Below, one piece after another: positions 1 through 10,368 of a DNA stretch of 64,000 nt. Below the pieces are notes generated by a model. It ran no database searches and was not told the origin of the DNA. It saw only the letters and a program-made list of their open reading frames with translations. The translations under genes were made by a program, and so were the position numbers. How positions within the stretch are numbered: position 1 is the stretch's first letter; the number at the start of each line of letters is the position of its first letter. The stretch comes from a virus (Duplodnaviria; Caudoviricetes): IMG/VR virus record IMGVR_UViG_2927464213_000002, positions 1 to 64,000 of that record; one strand, written 5' to 3'.

Positions 1-228
1 CTATGCTGCCTTGTTGGTCAGCTTTTTCTGCCACTCGACCACCTCGTCGAGGAAGAAACCGATTCGCATCGGCGACAGTTCGTGGGACTGGGGGAAGCGC
101 TTTTCCTTGACCATGCGATGCAGGGTCGACCTGCTGACTGGCAGCCGCTTCAAGACCTCCGCCACCGAGATCATCGGTCTGACCTCCGGGAAGTTGTCCT
201 GCCTCGTGGTGGTGTTCGTGTCCGTCAT
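1..228 (-). CDS. AlpA-family HTH regulator/excisionase
   Basis: ISVAEVLKRLPVSRSTLHRMVKEKRFPQS..L..RIGF..EV.EW matches the AlpA pattern. Confidence 0.85.
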   Translation of the reverse strand: MTDTNTTTRQDNFPEVRPMISVAEVLKRLPVSRSTLHRMVKEKRFPQSHELSPMRIGFFLDEVVEWQKKLTNKAA

Positions 229-542
229 TTCTTCTTTCCAAATACCGTTTCGATGGTTGGCTCATTGGGCCGCTCGGGAGCGATCCAGCTTCGCGTTGGG
301 TTCTTCGTTCCCTTGACCCTGAAGTCCTGCTCCTGCCGCGCACGGTTGAGCTGGGTGACCATCACCTTGAAGCCGGCGAGGCAGGCCTGGTCCGGATCGC
401 GGAAGGTCTTCGGCTGGCCGTGCTGGTCGTGGACCCACATGGGTGGCTTGCCGGGGATGCCGAAGGTCCCGAAGAAGAGACCTTCGACCTGACCGTGACC
501 CACAGCCGTCGAGTAGTAGGAGGTGGCGACTTTCGTTTTCAT
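225..542 (-). CDS. hypothetical phage protein
   Basis: ATGA overlaps with both neighbours. Confidence 0.7.
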   Translation of the reverse strand: MKTKVATSYYSTAVGHGQVEGLFFGTFGIPGKPPMWVHDQHGQPKTFRDPDQACLAGFKVMVTQLNRARQEQDFRVKGTKNPTRSWIAPERPNEPTIETVFGKKK

Positions 543-1621
543 GCCGCCTCGGCGAAGACTGACCGCTCCAGCATCTTACGGTTCTGATTCCAACCGCGGA
601 GGTTGCCGTGCAGCTCGGGCTGCTGCCAGTGCTCGACCCGCCATTCGCCGTACGGTCCAACCTGTCCCGGAACACGAACGTCAGGCGTGGCCTGGTGCTC
701 GGCCGGCGAGGCGTGGAGAGGGCGCGATCCGACCAGGCGCTCATACAGGTCGAGGTCGGCCAGGCCGCTGGGCTTCTTCCCGTCGTGCGTCAGGTATGAC
801 GTGCGGGCGCAGCGAGCGACGGAGATCTTGATCAGCTCCTCGATCGAGCGCTCACCCATGAAGGTGCCCACATACTGGCTGTTCATCGTCGCCATGTGTC
901 GTGCCTCGTAGGGCAGTGGCTGGATGCAGTGCCGGTCGCTCTCCGTGATGAAGGGCAGGTGCCACTCACCCGGCTTGAGCTGCGTCGGGACGCTGCCGTC
1001 GAAGGCGCCCTTGATCGCCTTTGCCAAGGCCTCGATCTCCGGCTGGGCATCCTTGTGGTCGCGCAGCTCGAAGAAGTTGTCCCACTCCGTCGCCGTGATC
1101 AGCACGTTGATGTGGGCGAACGGCTCCAGGAGCCTGTTGACGATCTGCTTGTGGTAGCCGGCATTGTCATAGGCGCGTGCGAATGCGATGGCGCAGTCGC
1201 GGGCTTCCAACCACATCTGCTGCGGGCTCAGCAGCGAACCCTTGCGGACGTTGTCGTTGGCGAATGGGTGCGGGATGTAGTCGGCGAACGGATGCGTGAT
1301 CGGCGCATCGTTCTCCTGGTCGGCCTGCATGCCCTTCTGGTTCTTGCCCCAGTGGATCGGCATTGCCGTATCGTTGAGGATGTCGTCGATCAGGCGCTTG
1401 ACCGGGATGGCCCGGGAACTCGAAGCGTTGCGGCTCAGGTTGCGGTCGTACATCAAGCCGTCAGGGATCGTGAGGATCTCCATCAGGTCGGGCGTGGACG
1501 TGAGCAGACGATGCGTCAGCTCTTCGGCATGGATGAAGCGCGGGTATCTGGCGAGAACCGTCTTCAGCTCGATGCCTGCAGGCGAGATGCTGTGCAGGAT
1601 TTTTGTCGCGGAGATAGTCAT
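539..1621 (-). CDS. thyX: FAD-dependent thymidylate synthase (ThyX/Thy1, phage type)
   Basis: RFIHAEELTHR...SRNASSSRAIP, HKQIVNRLLEPF, ARCARTSY, HASPAEHQATP. Confidence 0.85.
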   Translation of the reverse strand: MTISATKILHSISPAGIELKTVLARYPRFIHAEELTHRLLTSTPDLMEILTIPDGLMYDRNLSRNASSSRAIPVKRLIDDILNDTAMPIHWGKNQKGMQADQENDAPITHPFADYIPHPFANDNVRKGSLLSPQQMWLEARDCAIAFARAYDNAGYHKQIVNRLLEPFAHINVLITATEWDNFFELRDHKDAQPEIEALAKAIKGAFDGSVPTQLKPGEWHLPFITESDRHCIQPLPYEARHMATMNSQYVGTFMGERSIEELIKISVARCARTSYLTHDGKKPSGLADLDLYERLVGSRPLHASPAEHQATPDVRVPGQVGPYGEWRVEHWQQPELHGNLRGWNQNRKMLERSVFAEAA

Positions 1622-1627
1622 AAAGGG

Positions 1628-1807
1628 TCAGTTTTCCGTTCGGTTGGCAACGAGGTGTTCGGCTTGCTCTTTCGAGTCGTAGGGCCCGATCGCGTCCCAG
1701 CAGCCTTCCGGCTCCAGTTCGAGGATCCACCAGCCGGCCAGCTCCTCGCCGACCTCTTCGGGCGGCAAGAACCTGACCTCGGTCTGGCTCATGGTTGCGT
1801 TGGTCAT
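1628..1807 (-). CDS. hypothetical protein
   Basis: AGGAG RBS before ATG at 1807; coupled to the upstream gene. Confidence 0.6.
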   Translation of the reverse strand: MTNATMSQTEVRFLPPEEVGEELAGWWILELEPEGCWDAIGPYDSKEQAEHLVANRTEN

Positions 1808-1968
1808 CGGAACAGCTCCTTGGCTTTCTGGAATTTGCTGTCGAGGCACAGCGAGAGGTGCCCGGACGAGACGCGGGCTTGGCAGGTGTCGAGCGGACGA
1901 CCGCTGAGGATCAAAGCGAGGGCGAGACCGATGCCCACGCCGACCAAGAGGGTGAGGGCGTCCTTCAT
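1804..1968 (-). CDS. small membrane protein
   Basis: N-terminal hydrophobic helix; ATGA coupling. Confidence 0.55.
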   Translation of the reverse strand: MKDALTLLVGVGIGLALALILSGRPLDTCQARVSSGHLSLCLDSKFQKAKELFR

Positions 1969-2465
1969 GCGTTCGCCGCCTTCGGCTGTTCGCCCGGGAC
2001 CAGCTCCAGGAGCCACTTGACCCGTGCTTCGAGCCGGCGGATTTGCGCGCGTTGCTCTCGGTTCTCGGTCAGCTGGGCGTTGTTGTGCTGGAGCAGCTCG
2101 GTGACTCGAGCCGAGTGCTGTTCCTGCTGATCCAGCGATGCGACGAGGCTGTCGAGCAGGAACGGCATCGTGCGGATGAACCCGACGAGGGCCTTGGCGC
2201 GATCGGCGGCGGTCGGGGAATGGCCGGTGAATGCGTAGACGATGCCGCCTTCGCCGATGACCATGTTCATCTCCGTCGTCTCTTCCATCTCCGGGAAGGC
2301 GACACGGGTCCTGGCCATCGTGACCTGGTAGTCGGCGAGATGTTCGGCGTCGGTCTGCTTGGGGGTGACGGCCCAGATCGGGTCCTGGACTTGAGCGAGC
2401 AGTCGTCTCGCTTCGGCCACGTAGGCAAGCATCTGTTCTTTGGTCACGATGGTGGTATCGGTCAC
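1965..2465 (-). CDS. hypothetical protein with C-terminal coiled coil
   Basis: GTG start after CAGGAG; phage-like codon usage. Confidence 0.65.
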   Translation of the reverse strand: MTDTTIVTKEQMLAYVAEARRLLAQVQDPIWAVTPKQTDAEHLADYQVTMARTRVAFPEMEETTEMNMVIGEGGIVYAFTGHSPTAADRAKALVGFIRTMPFLLDSLVASLDQQEQHSARVTELLQHNNAQLTENREQRAQIRRLEARVKWLLELVPGEQPKAANA

Positions 2466-2487
2466 GTCCTGCTCCTGAAAATTTCCA

Positions 2488-2526
2488 AAATGAAACGCGC
2501 CCCGGGATCGGGCCCAGGGCGCGTCA
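2488..2526 (-). terminator. intrinsic terminator
   Basis: GC-rich stem ACGCGCCC/GGGCGCGT followed by TTCATTTT, just after the TAXI gene. Confidence 0.6.
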
Positions 2527-2532
2527 GAGCCG

Positions 2533-3420
2533 TTACTTCGGCTGAACCAGCTTCGCGATGTCGGGCTTGGCGTTGGCGAAGCCCTGCAGCACCTTCTCGA
2601 ACTCCGTGGAGTGAGCGGCGATCCAGTCACGGTTGGCGACGAACACGGCATCGACCTGGATGGTGTTGACCGCCTTCGACCCGAACATGCCGGAGGGCTG
2701 GATGCCCTTGTAGGTGCCGGCCGGGATCTCGCCGTAGGTGTAGACCTGCTGGCCGCGAGCATCCTTTGCGCCGTTCGCCATGTCGCGGTCGTCGGTGCCG
2801 ACGAGCACGATGCTGTCCGCATACTGCGGCGCCTCGTTCCGGAGGAACGGAGCGTTGAGCGCCGTGATGATCAGCGCGCACTGAGCTTCCGAGCCGTCCG
2901 AGACCATGCTGAGCGCGAGGGTGCCGGCCGCGTCGGTGGTGCGGACCTTGCCGTAGCGCTTCTTGTCGGCCATGACGAACGCGGCCCAGGTCGTGTTGGC
3001 GCCGGAGCCTTCGGGCCCGACCGCGACGGTATAGGTCTCGTTCAGATCGACCATGCGGGCCGAGGTGTAGGCCTTCCGGTTGCAGATCAGGTTCGCCTGC
3101 TCCTGGTAGAGCACGCCGGCACGCTGGAGCGCCGAGATCGCCTTGGCGTTCTTGCTCGAATAGACGAGCAGGGCGTCGGACTGCACGAACGCACCGTCGC
3201 ACTCGCCGGCCGTGACCTTGTCGAGGTTGTCCAGAGATCCCTTGCTCTCGATGACCTCGATGCCCGGGGCGTGGCGCTTCAGGTGCTGACCAGCAGCGTA
3301 GTAGTTCAGCTTGGCGTTGCCGGTGCAGAGACGGAACTTCGTCGCGTCAGCGGCCTGGGCGGTGGTGACTGCCGACAGACCGAAGGCCGCAGCAGCGAGC
3401 AACAGAAACAGCTTCTTCAT
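2533..3420 (-). CDS. TAXI-family TRAP solute-binding-like secreted protein
   Basis: Signal peptide (AQA); TG...NYY, SKGSLDNL, D.AFVQSD, LYQE, VAVGPEGSG motifs. Confidence 0.75.
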   Translation of the reverse strand: MKKLFLLLAAAAFGLSAVTTAQAADATKFRLCTGNAKLNYYAAGQHLKRHAPGIEVIESKGSLDNLDKVTAGECDGAFVQSDALLVYSSKNAKAISALQRAGVLYQEQANLICNRKAYTSARMVDLNETYTVAVGPEGSGANTTWAAFVMADKKRYGKVRTTDAAGTLALSMVSDGSEAQCALIITALNAPFLRNEAPQYADSIVLVGTDDRDMANGAKDARGQQVYTYGEIPAGTYKGIQPSGMFGSKAVNTIQVDAVFVANRDWIAAHSTEFEKVLQGFANAKPDIAKLVQPK

Positions 3421-3499
3421 CTCTTCTCCTTTTGCGAGCCCCACCACGGGGCCCGCTCTCCAAAATCAAAACGTTTGCTTTTGAACAAACGTCAGGGCA

Positions 3500-3613
3500 T
3501 CAAAAGAACCAGCGGCGGATCGGATAGCCGCGGGCGACCTTCACGGCGACGGTGACCACGAAGTAGAGGCCGAGCGCGCCGAGGGCGTGGTTGAGGAGGA
3601 GCGCGACGATCAT
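3500..3613 (-). CDS. 37-aa membrane peptide (not in the ORF track)
   Basis: MIVALLLNHALGALGLYFVVTVAVKVARGYPIRRWFF*; ATGA-coupled to the upstream gene. Confidence 0.5.
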   Translation of the reverse strand: MIVALLLNHALGALGLYFVVTVAVKVARGYPIRRWFF

Positions 3614-3999
3614 GCGCTGACCGGGTTGGGCAAACCCGTCTCCGGATTGTAGGCCTGGTCCGGACGGCGGCTCAGGCGCGTGAGGTCTTCTCCGTTCATC
3701 GCCAGTCTCTTCATCTCCTGGATGAGGAAGGTGACGCCGACGCCGATGTTCGGGAAATCTCCGCCGTAGCTGCGGAAACCGCTCCAGTTCTCGGGATAGA
3801 TCTGCGGCGGCTCGTCGAAGGCGGTGCCGTCGTGGTTGCGGCGATCGAACACCGCGTCCAGCTGGCCGACGCCGGCCTGGAACAGCTCACCCTTCGAGAC
3901 GTCCACGCGCTCGTTGGCCTGTCCCCACATTGCGTTCTGCCGCTCCAGCTCCTTCGCGATGAAGTCGAGGGCGGCCTTTTCTGCTGCGATTGCGTCCAA
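3610..3999 (-). CDS. hypothetical phage protein
   Basis: TTG start after CAGGAG. Confidence 0.7.
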   Translation of the reverse strand: MDAIAAEKAALDFIAKELERQNAMWGQANERVDVSKGELFQAGVGQLDAVFDRRNHDGTAFDEPPQIYPENWSGFRSYGGDFPNIGVGVTFLIQEMKRLAMNGEDLTRLSRRPDQAYNPETGLPNPVSA

Positions 4000-4027
4000 A
4001 TCAGTTAGCTCCTGTTTGCATTACCTC

Positions 4028-4043
4028 TTTGCATTCAAGCAAA
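4028..4043. promoter_or_regulatory. 16-bp dyad TTTGCATTCAAGCAAA (putative repressor operator; representative of ~19 copies)
   Basis: Related copies start at 8758, 9461, 17118, 17833, 20509, 21297, 25173, 28324, 35279, 35379, 39279, 39302, 41873, 46923, 50506, 53678, 61539 and (degenerate) 3474. Confidence 0.75.
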
Positions 4044-4062
4044 CAAATCGTCAAGAGGAAAC

Positions 4063-4446
4063 TCAACGATCGTCGCCGTCTCCTTGCAGTGTGCCGCGAT
4101 CGACACGCCCGCGCAGTTCCATGATGTTGGCCAGCGCGATATCGCCGAGGCTCATGCCCATGCCGTGGGCGAGCGCTGCGAGATACCACAGGTTACCGCC
4201 CATCTCCTTGACGATGTCCTGCTTGCGCTTCGGGGTGAGGACGCCGCCGTCATCCCGGAAGATCTTCTTGACCTTGTTCTGGACCTCGCCGGCCTCACCG
4301 AGGCCCAGCGCCGGGTACCAGAGCTTCATGTCGTCGCCGTACTTGATCGTCTTGATCGACTGCTCCTGGTAGAGGTCGAAGCCACGGATCAGCTCTTCGG
4401 CTCTGATCGGCGCCTTCGTATCGATATCGGTATTCACGATGCTCAC
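4063..4446 (-). CDS. MazG-like nucleotide pyrophosphohydrolase
   Basis: YPALGLGEAGEVQNKVKK...KEMGGNLWYLAALA...NIMELRGR (partly degenerate acidic motif). Confidence 0.8.
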   Translation of the reverse strand: MSIVNTDIDTKAPIRAEELIRGFDLYQEQSIKTIKYGDDMKLWYPALGLGEAGEVQNKVKKIFRDDGGVLTPKRKQDIVKEMGGNLWYLAALAHGMGMSLGDIALANIMELRGRVDRGTLQGDGDDR

Positions 4447-4772
4447 GTCTGCTCCTTGAATCGTAGTTCGTCGGCGAGGTCTTGGAACATCCGGACGACG
4501 TCTCGTTGGTTGCGACCCGACACGTCGTTCCAGTCGAACGGATGCTTGTTGAGCTGACTCTTGATCAGCTTGACGAAGCGCGCGTACGCACTCCGGTCTT
4601 CCTTGCCAGCCGCTCGGCGGATCGCGCCCTCGATGTCGAACGCGCGAGCCTCCTCGCTGAACACGGGGCAGGGCTTACCCTGCCGATCCCGTGCGCACGT
4701 CTTCTGCGTCCACCGTCCGGGTTTCGAGAATAGCAACAGGCACCGCTCCACAATTTCGACTTCGGTGAGCAT
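4443..4772 (-). CDS. hypothetical phage protein
   Basis: WTQ...ARD...WND..GR pattern; coupled to the MazG-like gene. Confidence 0.65.
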   Translation of the reverse strand: MLTEVEIVERCLLLFSKPGRWTQKTCARDRQGKPCPVFSEEARAFDIEGAIRRAAGKEDRSAYARFVKLIKSQLNKHPFDWNDVSGRNQRDVVRMFQDLADELRFKEQT

Positions 4773-4961
4773 TGCGCTTGCTGAACTCCCATTCGAATGA
4801 CGCAATCCGGCTGATGTCGCGGCGCCCGAGCCTCATGAGGTCGTACGCCAGGTGGTGCATGGGGACTCTCGACGGGAGGACGACGAAATCAGGCGGCGTG
4901 TAGACCGCCTGATCCGTTTCCTTGTCGATGATCCAGAGGCGCTTGTGCCTCTTGGCGATTT

Positions 4962-7900
4962 TTAGCTGCACCCGGTGGTCTCGCCACACGTCTCGCACTT
5001 CAAACAGGTGCCGTTCCGCACCATGGTGAAGCTGTGGCAGTTGCCGCACTCGTCCCCGGTGAAGCCGGACATCTTGGCGACGGCCCGCTTGTCGGGGGCC
5101 GCGTCAGCGATTTCCTTCTCCTCCGCAGCCGGAGCGGTGATCACGACGTTGTTGATCACCGTGACAGGCTTATCGACGCCCGTGCCCATGGCCGTGTGGT
5201 TGCTCTCCTCGGGCGTGACATGGGCCAGATCATCGCGACCGAGATAGCTGATCGCGATGTCGCGGAAGACGAAGTCGATGATCGACGTCACCTGCCGGAT
5301 GCGGTCGTGCTCCTGGACGAACCCGGAGGGCTCGAACCGGAAGAACGTGAAGGCGTCGACGAACTCGTCGAGCGGCACGCCGTACTGCAAGCCGAGGCTC
5401 ACAGCGATGGCGAAGGCGTTCATCATCGACCGGAAGGACGCGCCCTCCTTGTGCATGTCGATGAAGATCTCGCCCAGCCGACCGTCCGGATATTCGCCGG
5501 TCCGCAGGTAGATCTTGTGGCCACCCACGATTGCCTTCTGCGTGTAGCCGCCGCGCTTCGACGGGAGTTTCTCCCGCTTGCGGACCAGCTTCTCGACCAC
5601 CTGGACCAACGTCTTCGGCGTCTCGGCCGGCTCGTCACCGGTCGTTTCGTCGTCAACGAGGGCAGAGCTGAGCGGCTGCGACAGCTTCGAACCATCGCGA
5701 TAGATCGCGTTGGCCTTCAGCCCCAGCTTCCAGGACATCATGTACGCCTTCGCCACGTCCTGGACGGTCGCGGTGTTCGGCATGTTGATCGTCTTGGAGA
5801 TCGCACCGGAGACGAACGGCTGCACCGCGGCCATCATCAGGATGTGACCTTCGGTCGCGATGAACCGCGTGCCCAGCCTGCCGCACGGGTTGGCGCAGTC
5901 GAAGATCTGGTAGTGCTCCGGCTTGAGACCGGGGGCGCCTTCCAGCGTCATCGTTCCGCACACTTCCGTGTTGGCCTTCTCCAGCTCGGCGTCCGTGAAC
6001 CCGAGATCCTTCCACTTCGTGAGGAAGCGGATGTCGAAGGTGGACCTGACCTGGGCTTCCGTGACGATGATCGACTTTGCCCGGAGAGCCAGGTCGAACT
6101 TCGACGGCAGAACGCCCGTGCCGATGGCGTACTTCGAGATCGCGTCGATCTGCGACTCGGAGTAGCCGAGCTTGCGGAGCGCGGCCGAGACCTGCTGGTT
6201 GATGATCTTGAAGTAGCCGCCGCCGGCCAGCTTCTTGAACTTCACCAGCGCGAAGTCCGGCTCGATGCCCGTGGTGTCGCAATCCATCAACAGGCCGATC
6301 GTGCCGGTCGGGGCGACGACGGTCGTCTGAGCATTGCGATAGCCATAGAGCACGCCGAGATCGAGCACGTCCGCCCAGATCGCCGTAGCCTTGCCGGCCA
6401 GTTCGGTCTGCGGCAGCGCGTTCCAGTCCAGCCGGGGCGGGCAGATGCTGAGCCCCTCGAACTGTGTCGAACCTGCCTCAGCTGCCGCGTAATGGTTGGC
6501 CATCACACGCAGCATCGCGTCCCGGTTCTCCTCGAACTTGACGAACGGACCCAGCTCCCGCGCCATCTCGGCGGAGGTGCGGTAGGCCACGCCCGTCATG
6601 ATCGCAGAGATAGCACCAGCCATCGCCCGACCTTCGCGGGAGTCGTACGGCAGACCCATTGCCATCAGCAGGCCGCCGAGGTTGGCGAAGCCGAGGCCTG
6701 TGGTCCGGTACTCGTAGGAGAGCAGCGCGATTTCCTTGGAGGGGAACTGCGCCATCGTCACCGAGATTTCCAGAACGATCTGGATCAGGCGACAGACGTG
6801 GATGAAGGCATCAACGTCGAACTCCCACGGGCCACCTTGCTTCAGGACGTTCTTGCCGTAGAACTTCAGCAGGTTCGCCGAGGCCAGGTTGCAGGCCGTG
6901 TCGTCCAGGAACATGTACTCCGAGCACGGGTTCGACGCGCGGATGCGACCGCCAGCCGGGCAGGTGTGCCAGTCGTTCATGGTCGTGTTGAAGTGCAGGC
7001 CGGGGTCGGCCGACTCCCACGCGGCGCGGCAGATCTGATCCCACAGATCCCGGGCTGGCACCGACTTGATGATCTCGCCCGTGGTCCGCGACTTCAGGTC
7101 CCACATGTGACCGCTGTCGACCGCCTTGAGGAAGGCGTCCGTCACCGACACAGTGTTGTTCGAGTTCTGGCCCGACACCGTCTCGTAAGCCGGCGACTGC
7201 CAGTCGACGTCGAACTCCGGGAAGTCGAACGGCTCACCCATCTCAGCGAGCTGGAGAACGCGCTGGATGTAGCTGTCTGGCAGGAACGCCGCACGAGCCG
7301 CACGGATCGCGCTCTTCACGCTCGGGCTCTCGCGGCTTTCGCCGTCGCCCCAGGCCTCATAGATGGCGCTCAGGTGCTTCTTGGCGGCCTTCGAGCCAGC
7401 CACCAGGGCGGCGACCTTCTTCTCTTCCTCGACCTTCCAGCCGATGTATTCCTGGATGTCCGGGTGATCGACATCGACGACGACCATCTTGGCCGCGCGC
7501 CGCGTCGTGCCGCCCGACTTGATCGCGCCGGCAGCCCGGTCACCGATCTTGAGGAAGGACATCATGCCGGACGACTGACCGCCACCGGACAGCTTCTCGC
7601 CCTTGCCACGCAGGTTCGAGAAGTTGGAGCCCGTGCCGGAGCCGTACTTGAACAGGCGGGCCTCGCGGGTCCACAGGTCCATGATGCCGCCGTCGCCGAC
7701 CAGATCATCCTCGATCGACTGGATGAAGCAGGCGTGCGGCTGCGGGCGCTCGTAGGCGCTCTTGGAGCGGAACTCCATGTAGTTCTTGGCGCCCTTGGCG
7801 TCGCGCTCTGCGACGTACCAGTGGCCCTGGGCGGGTCCGTCGATGCCGTATGCCCAGTTCAGGCCGGTGTTGAACCACTGCGGCGAGTTGGGCGCGAACA

Positions 7901-8384
7901 TCTGCTGGGCCAGCATGAAGCGCAGCTCGTCGTAGAATGCGAGAGCGCTGACTTCGGCATCGCGCAGCTTGAAGGGTTCGCCCTGCTTGGTGCCTTCGGG
8001 AGCGAAGTAGCCGTTCTTCCAGCCCCAATAGGTCCAGCAGCCGGCGAGGCGATCGAACACCTGCTTGGCAGAGGTCTCGGAGCCCAGGTGGGCCGACCGG
8101 GTATCGGGATCACCGTTGCCGGCATAGGGGACGGAGCGCTGCAGCCAGACCGGGACCATGTCTTCATGGACCTTGCTGACCTGGTCGGGCACGCCGGCCT
8201 TGCGGAAGTACTTCTGGGCGAGCACGTCGATGGCAACCTGAGACCAGTGGTCCGGCACCTCGATGTTCTCCATGCGGAAAACGATCGAGCCGTCCGGGTT
8301 CTTGATCTCACTGGTCGCCCGCTTGAACTTGATCTTGTCGTAGGGCGAGTTGACGCCGGCAGTGAAGAGTCGGTCGATTCTCAT
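4962..8384 (-). CDS. nrdJ: class II (B12-dependent) ribonucleotide reductase with C-terminal TSCPD and Zn-ribbon
   Basis: [50 protein letters not shown]-terminal CxxC...CxxC. Confidence 0.95.
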   Translation of the reverse strand: MRIDRLFTAGVNSPYDKIKFKRATSEIKNPDGSIVFRMENIEVPDHWSQVAIDVLAQKYFRKAGVPDQVSKVHEDMVPVWLQRSVPYAGNGDPDTRSAHLGSETSAKQVFDRLAGCWTYWGWKNGYFAPEGTKQGEPFKLRDAEVSALAFYDELRFMLAQQMFAPNSPQWFNTGLNWAYGIDGPAQGHWYVAERDAKGAKNYMEFRSKSAYERPQPHACFIQSIEDDLVGDGGIMDLWTREARLFKYGSGTGSNFSNLRGKGEKLSGGGQSSGMMSFLKIGDRAAGAIKSGGTTRRAAKMVVVDVDHPDIQEYIGWKVEEEKKVAALVAGSKAAKKHLSAIYEAWGDGESRESPSVKSAIRAARAAFLPDSYIQRVLQLAEMGEPFDFPEFDVDWQSPAYETVSGQNSNNTVSVTDAFLKAVDSGHMWDLKSRTTGEIIKSVPARDLWDQICRAAWESADPGLHFNTTMNDWHTCPAGGRIRASNPCSEYMFLDDTACNLASANLLKFYGKNVLKQGGPWEFDVDAFIHVCRLIQIVLEISVTMAQFPSKEIALLSYEYRTTGLGFANLGGLLMAMGLPYDSREGRAMAGAISAIMTGVAYRTSAEMARELGPFVKFEENRDAMLRVMANHYAAAEAGSTQFEGLSICPPRLDWNALPQTELAGKATAIWADVLDLGVLYGYRNAQTTVVAPTGTIGLLMDCDTTGIEPDFALVKFKKLAGGGYFKIINQQVSAALRKLGYSESQIDAISKYAIGTGVLPSKFDLALRAKSIIVTEAQVRSTFDIRFLTKWKDLGFTDAELEKANTEVCGTMTLEGAPGLKPEHYQIFDCANPCGRLGTRFIATEGHILMMAAVQPFVSGAISKTINMPNTATVQDVAKAYMMSWKLGLKANAIYRDGSKLSQPLSSALVDDETTGDEPAETPKTLVQVVEKLVRKREKLPSKRGGYTQKAIVGGHKIYLRTGEYPDGRLGEIFIDMHKEGASFRSMMNAFAIAVSLGLQYGVPLDEFVDAFTFFRFEPSGFVQEHDRIRQVTSIIDFVFRDIAISYLGRDDLAHVTPEESNHTAMGTGVDKPVTVINNVVITAPAAEEKEIADAAPDKRAVAKMSGFTGDECGNCHSFTMVRNGTCLKCETCGETTGCS

Positions 8385-8413
8385 AAGGGACTGTTTTTCT
8401 CGTTGATGGTGAC

Positions 8414-8743
8414 TCAGCCGCCGCGCTTCGCCGAGGCGTACGGGTAGCGCTTGGAGTTATCGATGCGGGTCTCCCGCTTGAGCGGGACGAACTTCACCGG
8501 CAGCTTGCCGATCTCGGAGAGGATCTCCTTGATGCGCTCACCGTCGCTCTTCGGATCGAGCGCGCGGAGCTGGTCGGTCAGGGAGTCGACGGCTGCGCTC
8601 TCCTCGCGGGTCAGGCGGCGCCGCGCGTGGAGGGCGGTGTAGGAGTTCTCGTAGGTGTACTTCGGCTTCGGAGCAGGCTTCGGTCTGCTCAGGAAGTGGA
8701 AGGCCCTCATCAGGCCGGACAGGGTGTCGGGTGCGGCTTCCAT
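8414..8743 (-). CDS. hypothetical protein
   Basis: AGGAG RBS directly after a dyad motif. Confidence 0.65.
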   Translation of the reverse strand: MEAAPDTLSGLMRAFHFLSRPKPAPKPKYTYENSYTALHARRRLTREESAAVDSLTDQLRALDPKSDGERIKEILSEIGKLPVKFVPLKRETRIDNSKRYPYASAKRGG

Positions 8744-8775
8744 ATGCGTTGGCTCCTTTTGCATTCAAACAAACG

Positions 8776-8997
8776 TCAAGGCAGAGAACGAATGCGGCGT
8801 CTGATCTGCTGTCGGGTGAAGTTGGAAACGTACGGGGTGCGCGGTGACGATGCGAAAGGCACCTGGGCCCACGATGTCCGGACTCGGAAGTGGACCACGT
8901 AGTGTCTTCTGTTCTGATCGAGATAGAACTCGTCTATCTCGCCATTATCCATCAGCTGCTGCGCCTCTTTCTTGATCTCGCGAACATGTGCCTTCAT
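8776..8997 (-). CDS. small hypothetical protein
   Basis: GAGGGA RBS; compact 73-aa ORF. Confidence 0.6.
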   Translation of the reverse strand: MKAHVREIKKEAQQLMDNGEIDEFYLDQNRRHYVVHFRVRTSWAQVPFASSPRTPYVSNFTRQQIRRRIRSLP

Positions 8998-9448
8998 GCT
9001 TCCCTCTCTTCGGGAACGACCTCTTCGGCCACGCCCGTTTGGGCCGCTTCTCGCGAGGCATCTCCACATCGGGATCAACCTTCGCCAGCATGCGGCGTCT
9101 GAACTCTTCGGTGTCCTTGGCAATGCGCTTTGTCCGCGCGATCTCCGTCACGTCGGCCCCACGCTTCGAGGCCTTCGACCCGAAGGTCTTGGCGGCGTGA
9201 CAGTCGACGTGCTTGGCGAAGATGTGCTCCACGTCGTTGGACGGGGGCACAGTGTCCTTCGCCTCTTGATCCCAGCAGCGCAGCTGCACTGCCGGGATAT
9301 GATCGAACTCGGTGTCGACGAGCTTGCCCAGGCGTTCACCACAGGACGAGCATTTGCTGTCCTGCCGGATCACCACCTGGAGCTTCACCTTGTCTGGGAT
9401 CGCTTTTCTGAAACCAGGCGGCGGTGCGAGAGGGAGGGTGGCGTCCAT
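8945..9448 (-). CDS. HNH endonuclease-like protein
   Basis: RQ..KCSSCG...EFDHIP...N...H.DCHAAKT. Confidence 0.75.
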   Translation of the reverse strand: MDATLPLAPPPGFRKAIPDKVKLQVVIRQDSKCSSCGERLGKLVDTEFDHIPAVQLRCWDQEAKDTVPPSNDVEHIFAKHVDCHAAKTFGSKASKRGADVTEIARTKRIAKDTEEFRRRMLAKVDPDVEMPREKRPKRAWPKRSFPKRGKHEGTCSRDQERGAAADG

Positions 9449-9479
9449 GCGCTTTTCGTATTTGCATTCATGCAAACAG

Positions 9480-9713
9480 TCAAGCGGCAGGACGACCTTT
9501 TTTCCTCTCGTAGGCGGCGAGCCCTGCGTCGGTGAATTGCCCGTCCGCCGCAGCGAAACCCTTGCGGACCAGCGCGATCAGGCTGATCCGTTCGAGCTTC
9601 GTGGCGGCCACGGACCCGATGTCCCAGCCGCCTCGGTCGCGCCAGTACTTCTGTGCAGGAACCCACAGATCCATGAACTTCCGCTGCGCCTTCGACAACC
9701 GAGGTCTGGCCAT
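9480..9713 (-). CDS. hypothetical protein (possible winged helix)
   Basis: TGATG coupling; L..LVRKG...TDAG. Confidence 0.6.
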   Translation of the reverse strand: MARPRLSKAQRKFMDLWVPAQKYWRDRGGWDIGSVAATKLERISLIALVRKGFAAADGQFTDAGLAAYERKKGRPAA

Positions 9714-10153
9714 CAGTCCAGCTCCGGGTCGACGTAGAAGCGCCACTCCAATCCCTCGCGGTGCCACTGGCCGGCGCACACCGGGATGACCTTGTTGGCG
9801 GAGTTGAACTCGTTGTCGTTCGCGTGGTCCTCGTCGCCGATCAGCTCGCGCAGCTCTTGCGTGGGGATCAGCGTGCTTGTCCAGACCAGCTCGGTGTTGC
9901 CGACCTTGATCCTGGCGAAGTCCGTCAGCGAATTTTCGACCTGTGATATGGCGTGACGCAGGTCCGCCAACTCGGAGAGGTACATCGCGGCGTTGGTCGG
10001 TCCGCCACCTGGGTCGGTGCTGTCGAGACCGAAGCGGCCGATCTTGCCGTAGATCCGCAGGCAGCGCCCGATCACTTCGACGACCTCGCCAGACTCCTCG
10101 ACGACTCTGGCGACCTTGCCGTCTACTGTGGTGGGTAGGTATCTCGGGTTCAT
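9713..10153 (-). CDS. second MazG-like NTP-PPase fold protein
   Basis: VVEESGEVV...K..RFG...ELADL. Confidence 0.6.
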   Translation of the reverse strand: MNPRYLPTTVDGKVARVVEESGEVVEVIGRCLRIYGKIGRFGLDSTDPGGGPTNAAMYLSELADLRHAISQVENSLTDFARIKVGNTELVWTSTLIPTQELRELIGDEDHANDNEFNSANKVIPVCAGQWHREGLEWRFYVDPELD

Positions 10154-10368
10154 CGCTTATTCCGTATCGCTTGGAGGTTGGAGATCAGCTCGTCGATGTC
10201 TTCCTCCTGCAGGAAGACTGCCTCGCCTTCATAGGTGTCGCCGTGGCCGATCCAGACCGCCACTCCGGATCGGTACGGATCGCCACGATTGTCCTGATAG
10301 CCCCGGATGCAGACGCCTTCTTCGCCTGCGATCCGGAAGCTCCTGATCTGGGTTGGCTTGATGGTCAC
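10150..10368 (-). CDS. hypothetical protein
   Basis: Coupled ORF. Confidence 0.6.
   Translation of the reverse strand: MTIKPTQIRSFRIAGEEGVCIRGYQDNRGDPYRSGVAVWIGHGDTYEGEAVFLQEEDIDELISNLQAIRNKR

Noticed and set aside
5034-8447. Long + strand ORFs (also 17997-19421, 26722-28632, 30486-32612, 33619-35244)
   Set aside because: Antisense shadows of high-GC, codon-biased minus-strand genes with no recognisable motifs
8776-8997. HicA-like toxin
   Set aside because: Only a vague His and ASSP resemblance; no HicB neighbour
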